Shown piece after piece: positions 59,474-64,000 of a stretch of 64,000 nt of DNA; the first letter of the stretch is position 1; each line of letters begins with the position of its first letter. Where the stretch lies: contig CAZBPC010000003.1 in NCBI GenBank assembly GCA_964493715.1, forward strand, positions 54,577-118,576, given 5' to 3'. Source of the stretch: an uncultured archaeon. GTDB lineage: Archaea > Asgardarchaeota > Lokiarchaeia > Sigyniarchaeales > SOKP01. The notes under the pieces were generated by a model. It was not told the DNA's origin, searched no databases, and saw nothing but the letters and a program-made list of their open reading frames with translations. Both the position numbers and the translations under genes were made by a program.

Positions 59474-60556
59474 TTATTTTTCTAATAACTTATTAAGAAT
59501 TAAAGGCATTGAATAGACATCATAATAATTGTGATCAATGCATTCTTTCATTAATCCAACATATCGATGGGGATCTTGAAGATATTTTCTATAACTTAAT
59601 CCGATAAGACTACTAGGCATCTCATTTTCTCTTTTTAAATCGAGTAGTTTTTCTTCCATGCTAGTAAGATTGTATTTTTCATAGAGTCCTTTAAATTTCC
59701 TACGACAATTGTGATATAAATCAATATGATGATAAATGGTATTAACTGAATCGTAAAGCTTGTCACTATCATTGATCATGGGATTAATATTATAATAATA
59801 TATGAACCTTCTAGCCAGGCAGGGTAAATCAAATGTTCTCCCATTATAGGTTACGAAACTTTTAAATCGGGGAAATACGAAATTCTTTATATGCTCACAC
59901 ATCGCTATTTCTTCGCTTACATCTCTAGCATATAAGATATGAATTTCAAAGGAAGAATTGGTAAAATTTCCTAACCCAATAATAATCATCGGTCCATCAT
60001 AGAGATCTAAAGTTTCGATATCAAGAAATAGAAAATCATTTAAATTAAAACAGAAGCTAGTATCAATATCATAAATACTGTTGTTATTAAGCAATGCTCG
60101 AAAATCTTTTTCTTTAATTAATTTCAATAATTCGTTTGCAGATCTTCCATATTTAATCATGTGTTTTAAATCATAGAGTGAATTAACTCCGCGCTTTTTT
60201 AAGCGACTTTCAACATTTTCACCGATGTAATATATTGTTTTAAGGTTATAGATTATAGCCTCTCTAGATGACTTCAAATTGAGATCTTGGGGAATCTCAA
60301 CGTTTTCCCAAATTATTTCCATGAATTGACCCATTGAATTTTTAACAATTTGATGATTGGGATAAAGCTCTTCAATTGTTAGTCCTTTATATTGTTCTAT
60401 CAAAGGAGTGATATTAAATTGGTCAAAGACTTGATAATGATCCATCTTCATTATATAATCTATAAAGATATTTAATAATTTAATCGGTGATGAATTATAG
60501 TAACTCTGTTTTAAATGAAATCTCGTTATAAATTTTGAAAGAAAATTTGTATTCAT
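59474..60556 (-). CDS. YprB/MrfB-like RNase H-fold (DEDD) exonuclease with an HhH-like segment
   Basis: FLDIET, TYNGRTFDLP, HIDLY and HNYYDV. Confidence 0.82.
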   Translation of the reverse strand: MNTNFLSKFITRFHLKQSYYNSSPIKLLNIFIDYIMKMDHYQVFDQFNITPLIEQYKGLTIEELYPNHQIVKNSMGQFMEIIWENVEIPQDLNLKSSREAIIYNLKTIYYIGENVESRLKKRGVNSLYDLKHMIKYGRSANELLKLIKEKDFRALLNNNSIYDIDTSFCFNLNDFLFLDIETLDLYDGPMIIIGLGNFTNSSFEIHILYARDVSEEIAMCEHIKNFVFPRFKSFVTYNGRTFDLPCLARRFIYYYNINPMINDSDKLYDSVNTIYHHIDLYHNCRRKFKGLYEKYNLTSMEEKLLDLKRENEMPSSLIGLSYRKYLQDPHRYVGLMKECIDHNYYDVYSMPLILNKLLEK

Positions 60557-60561
60557 TTAAT

Positions 60562-61896
60562 CTAATAGTCAATTCGAGGTATTGAATCCTCCAATTCATT
60601 GCGTGATGGTTTAAACTTGAAAAATCTTCTTGATTCGCTATCTTCTAAGACGTAATTCGATCCTCCACCATGAACCATACAATAGGGATCCATAAGACCT
60701 ATTTCGTTTGCGTATTGTCTTGTAAATCCTCTTCCTCCTAAAGTTCTGAAACAATGAATAGCGCTCTCAAATCCTAATTCCGTTGCACTGATTTTTAATC
60801 CCATAGCATTGGCTGCCATTAATTTTGAACCAGCTAATTCTGGATTTTTATCTAATTGTCTTACATATTGAATAAGCGCCGAAAACAATAAATTTAATTC
60901 TCTAATCTTGGAGGAGATTGGAAATCGAATCACTTGATATTGATGGAGTCTGCGTTCGAATTGTATTCTTTGTAATGCATAAGCGTGAGAATAGAGTAGC
61001 TTTTTCATTGTATCACCTAATGCTTCTGCACTGATTACTAGTCGTTCTTCAGTTAATTGGTGAAATGCAATATCCAATCCGTGACCTCTTAATAAGTTTT
61101 CTTTAGGAATTTCTACCCTATCAAATATTAATCTACTGACGAATGCATCGGTCATTCCATAAGTGCTGATTCTAGTACTCCTAAAATCTTTAAGTTGTTG
61201 ATGTTCAGTGTCAACCACAATTGCGCTTAACTGACCATTATTTAAACGACCGTATAAGATGATGTAATCAGCGATCATTCCATTAGTAATAAAAAGCTTC
61301 TTTCCCTTTGCAATGATTTTATCATCTCTCTCGTGGAGTGCCAATTCCATTCGGAAAATATCTGAACCTGCATTAAATTCAGTCATTGCGGATGCTCCTA
61401 TTTGACCATTTTTGGCAACGGGAACTAAAAATTTCTCTTTTTGAGAATTGTTTGAAGCATAATTCACGGGGTTGCAATATAAAGTGCCACCTGCAAGCCT
61501 TCCCATTTCAATACTATAATTTCCTGCTATATACCTCTCACTATACTCGCTCCATCTGCCACCACATAATGCATATGCAATTAAAGCATTTCGAGTGATT
61601 CTACCAACTTCATGTTCACTTTCGTTTAAAATTGTTGAGTAATAGCCTTTATCAGATAACTTTTTCATTATGTTAACGACAAGGTCTCTCTTTTTATCTT
61701 GGGTTGGTTCTTCGACAATATAATTTAGTTCCTCTAATTTTCTAAGTTCAGTATCAAGTTCTTTTTCGATAAAGTTATATAATTCTGCCAGAAACTCCTT
61801 TTCCTGAGCGTTTAATACGGGATTATTTAGTAAATCCAATTCAGGTACATATTTCGAAATACGGATCTTGCTGAATTCAGCGATTCTAGTATCCAT
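60562..61896 (-). CDS. Acyl-CoA dehydrogenase family protein
   Basis: AMTEFNAGSD, GKKLFITNG, ERL, RIQFER and LGGRGF. Confidence 0.88.
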   Translation of the reverse strand: MDTRIAEFSKIRISKYVPELDLLNNPVLNAQEKEFLAELYNFIEKELDTELRKLEELNYIVEEPTQDKKRDLVVNIMKKLSDKGYYSTILNESEHEVGRITRNALIAYALCGGRWSEYSERYIAGNYSIEMGRLAGGTLYCNPVNYASNNSQKEKFLVPVAKNGQIGASAMTEFNAGSDIFRMELALHERDDKIIAKGKKLFITNGMIADYIILYGRLNNGQLSAIVVDTEHQQLKDFRSTRISTYGMTDAFVSRLIFDRVEIPKENLLRGHGLDIAFHQLTEERLVISAEALGDTMKKLLYSHAYALQRIQFERRLHQYQVIRFPISSKIRELNLLFSALIQYVRQLDKNPELAGSKLMAANAMGLKISATELGFESAIHCFRTLGGRGFTRQYANEIGLMDPYCMVHGGGSNYVLEDSESRRFFKFKPSRNELEDSIPRIDY

Positions 61897-62078
61897 GATA
61901 GATCATACATTTTTTTGAAATAATAAATTTACCTTGATACGAGTGTTGGAATTTATTCCCACTAATAATTCAGAATTAATTGGTAAGTTTTAATCATAAA
62001 GCTTCTTAATATTAAAATATCAAATCTAGTAGTAAATAGATTTAATTATACATTTAAAATAAACTTAAAGTGTAAAAA

Positions 62079-63500
62079 ATGATAAAATTTAGCGATAAAC
62101 AATTAAAAATTCCTAAGTTGATGCGCCCTGTCTATTTAGCTACTGTAGGAATGTCTAAATTCGATAGAGCATTCCCTGAAACTAGAACTGAAGAATTATG
62201 CATTCAAGCATTTACCGCTGCTGCCGATTTTGTTAACATGACACCTTCAGAACTAAAGAGTTACATACACACATGTTATTATGGTCATTTTGCAGATCAT
62301 TTTGGAGATCAACTTCTAGGAGAAGCTGTGATCCATGATAGGCTTGGCTTGGATCCCTTAGGGAATATAGGCGTGAAAACAGGGGGTGCTACGGGAGGTT
62401 CTACTATGTGGGAGGCTGTAAAAACTGTAGCTTCTGGATATAGTGATTGTGCACTAGCACTTGGTTGGGAACGCATGGATGAAGTACCCACAGACGAGGG
62501 CAACCATCTTATTTCTGCTGCTGCAGATAAGGATTGGGAAACTCCTTTAGGACATATTTACACGGGTTATTATGCAGTAATGGCTCAACGATATTGGAAA
62601 ATATTTGGAAAGGAGGAACAATCTTTTCGAGATACAATGTCAGAAATTGCTGTAAAAAATCGTGGATATGCACGCATGAATCCCCATGCTCATGGACCAA
62701 TGAAGATTACTGTTGAAGACGTAAATAACTCGCCAATTGTTGCCCATCCACTTCGGGTATTAGATTGTTGTTTGATGAGCGTTGGCTCTGCTTGTGGTAT
62801 TGTATGTGATGAAAAAACGGCTTATGAAATTACGGATCATCCCCTTAGAATTTATATAGGTGCAGGAAGCCATACTTTAAGAGTTGCTGACAGAAGAAAC
62901 ATGACAATTCCGCTATTGCCAAATGAAACACCAGAAACCTATAAAGATCTAAGTACGAGATTCCCAGGATCGGATAGATATCCAGGATTCACCGGGTTTT
63001 TAGCAGCTAGAATGGCGTCATATTATGCTTATAGAATGGCAGGAATTAAAGACCCAATTGAAGATCTTGATGTGATTGAACTTCACGATGCATTTACCAT
63101 TAGCGATATTCAATCTTATGAAGATGTAGGATTGCGTCCTTATGGTGAAGGGAGAGATTATATTGAATCTGGAGATGCTTATCTCATCAATCCACACACC
63201 AAAAAACAAGGTAAATTACCAAGTAATTTAAGTGGAGGATTAATAGGATGCATGCATGCTGTGGGAGCTACGGGTTTAATGCAAATCGCAGAGATTGGAT
63301 ACCATATATGGAATCGCTGGAATGAAATACATGAACCTCAAGAGAAATGGGATGCATTTAGTCGTGAAAAACCAGATGATTGGACTAGTTTGCAAGTAAA
63401 GAATGCTAAACGAGGTTTAGCAATAAGTCACGCTGGAGTTGGTTCGCATGTTACTGCTACAATACTAATGGATCCAAATAACTTACTTAAGGAGGATTAA
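62079..63500 (+). CDS. SCP-x-type thiolase-fold protein lacking the canonical nucleophilic Cys
   Basis: VASG, NPHA, LDCC, ELHDAFT, NLSGGL and HAVGATG; GGATGG stands in place of ACASG. Confidence 0.85.
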   Translation: MIKFSDKQLKIPKLMRPVYLATVGMSKFDRAFPETRTEELCIQAFTAAADFVNMTPSELKSYIHTCYYGHFADHFGDQLLGEAVIHDRLGLDPLGNIGVKTGGATGGSTMWEAVKTVASGYSDCALALGWERMDEVPTDEGNHLISAAADKDWETPLGHIYTGYYAVMAQRYWKIFGKEEQSFRDTMSEIAVKNRGYARMNPHAHGPMKITVEDVNNSPIVAHPLRVLDCCLMSVGSACGIVCDEKTAYEITDHPLRIYIGAGSHTLRVADRRNMTIPLLPNETPETYKDLSTRFPGSDRYPGFTGFLAARMASYYAYRMAGIKDPIEDLDVIELHDAFTISDIQSYEDVGLRPYGEGRDYIESGDAYLINPHTKKQGKLPSNLSGGLIGCMHAVGATGLMQIAEIGYHIWNRWNEIHEPQEKWDAFSREKPDDWTSLQVKNAKRGLAISHAGVGSHVTATILMDPNNLLKED

Positions 63501-63503
63501 AAG

Positions 63504-64000
63504 ATGCCTAAAACAGAAAATGAAAAAGGATTTGTTGATATTGTGAATGGAAGATATAAGCCAAGAGGTGTATTTCATATTCCAGAGGCTAATCAACCAA
63601 TATTTAATAAAGATACTGGGAAATTAGCTGGTGTTACCAACCCTCGTGATATGACATATATCCATTCCTACGGCGGAGAAGCACCTTTTTTCGAAAGTTT
63701 GGGAAAGGGAAGATTGATGGCAACCCGATGTGATAATGAGAAATGTGATACAAAAGGATCAATTTATCAACCTTTCAGGATCTATTGTCCTGATTGCTTA
63801 AGGAAAAATACTGTCATTGATATGACGGATTTGGCAAAAAAGACCGCAAAAATTCATTCCTACATTATCACTCATAGGTCTGGTGCATTTAATTCTCTTC
63901 CAATACCTATAAAATTCATAAATGTAGAGTTTGAAGGAGTAGTAACAATCCTCATGAGTGTCTTAGCAGTAGGAGAACCTGAAATTGATAAAAGAGTAGT
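63504..64000 (+). CDS. DUF35-family Zn-ribbon/OB-fold protein (3'-partial, not in the ORF track)
   Basis: GGAGG RBS. Translation MPKTENEK...PFFESLGKGRLMATRCDNEKC...YCPDC...AKIHSY stays open to the window end; directly follows the thiolase. Confidence 0.85.
   Translation, partial: MPKTENEKGFVDIVNGRYKPRGVFHIPEANQPIFNKDTGKLAGVTNPRDMTYIHSYGGEAPFFESLGKGRLMATRCDNEKCDTKGSIYQPFRIYCPDCLRKNTVIDMTDLAKKTAKIHSYIITHRSGAFNSLPIPIKFINVEFEGVVTILMSVLAVGEPEIDKRV

Noticed and set aside
5276-63209. Many short ORFs in the track that overlap larger genes (for example 16714-17199, 26310-26639, 36788-37174, 37433-37804, 43843-44238, 58286-58606)
   Set aside because: They are antisense or alternate-frame shadows of well-supported genes and have no recognisable motifs.
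1-64000. tRNA, rRNA, IS elements, integrases or provirus
   Set aside because: No GC-rich structured island, transposase or integrase ORF, or terminal inverted repeats were seen by eye. A covariance-model scan was not possible.

Overview
AT-rich (about 30% GC), gene-dense archaeal chromosome segment, most likely from an Asgard archaeon (Lokiarchaeia/Promethearchaeota-like). The assignment rests on archaeal markers (eL33/L35Ae, type II dehydroquinate synthase, H4MPT enzymes Mch/Mtd/Ftr, RecJ/GAN-like DHH protein, beta-CASP RNase, XPD) occurring together with eukaryotic-signature proteins. These are a Snf7-family ESCRT-III subunit, an adjacent multidomain protein ending in a Vps23-like steadiness box, a Rab-like GTPase, a RagA-like GTPase-roadblock fusion and a eukaryote-like presenilin. 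The window also holds a gcvT-H-PA-PB operon flanked by apt and two divergent MTAP paralogs, glyS, two large surface proteins, tandem GNAT and TPR genes, a P3A H+-ATPase and a lipid-catabolism region. I saw no rRNA, tRNA, CRISPR array or transposase. The most notable candidate system is the convergent ESCRT-III and Zn-finger/PH-GRAM/steadiness-box pair at 1566-4341. All family assignments come from motif recognition by eye; no database searches were run.
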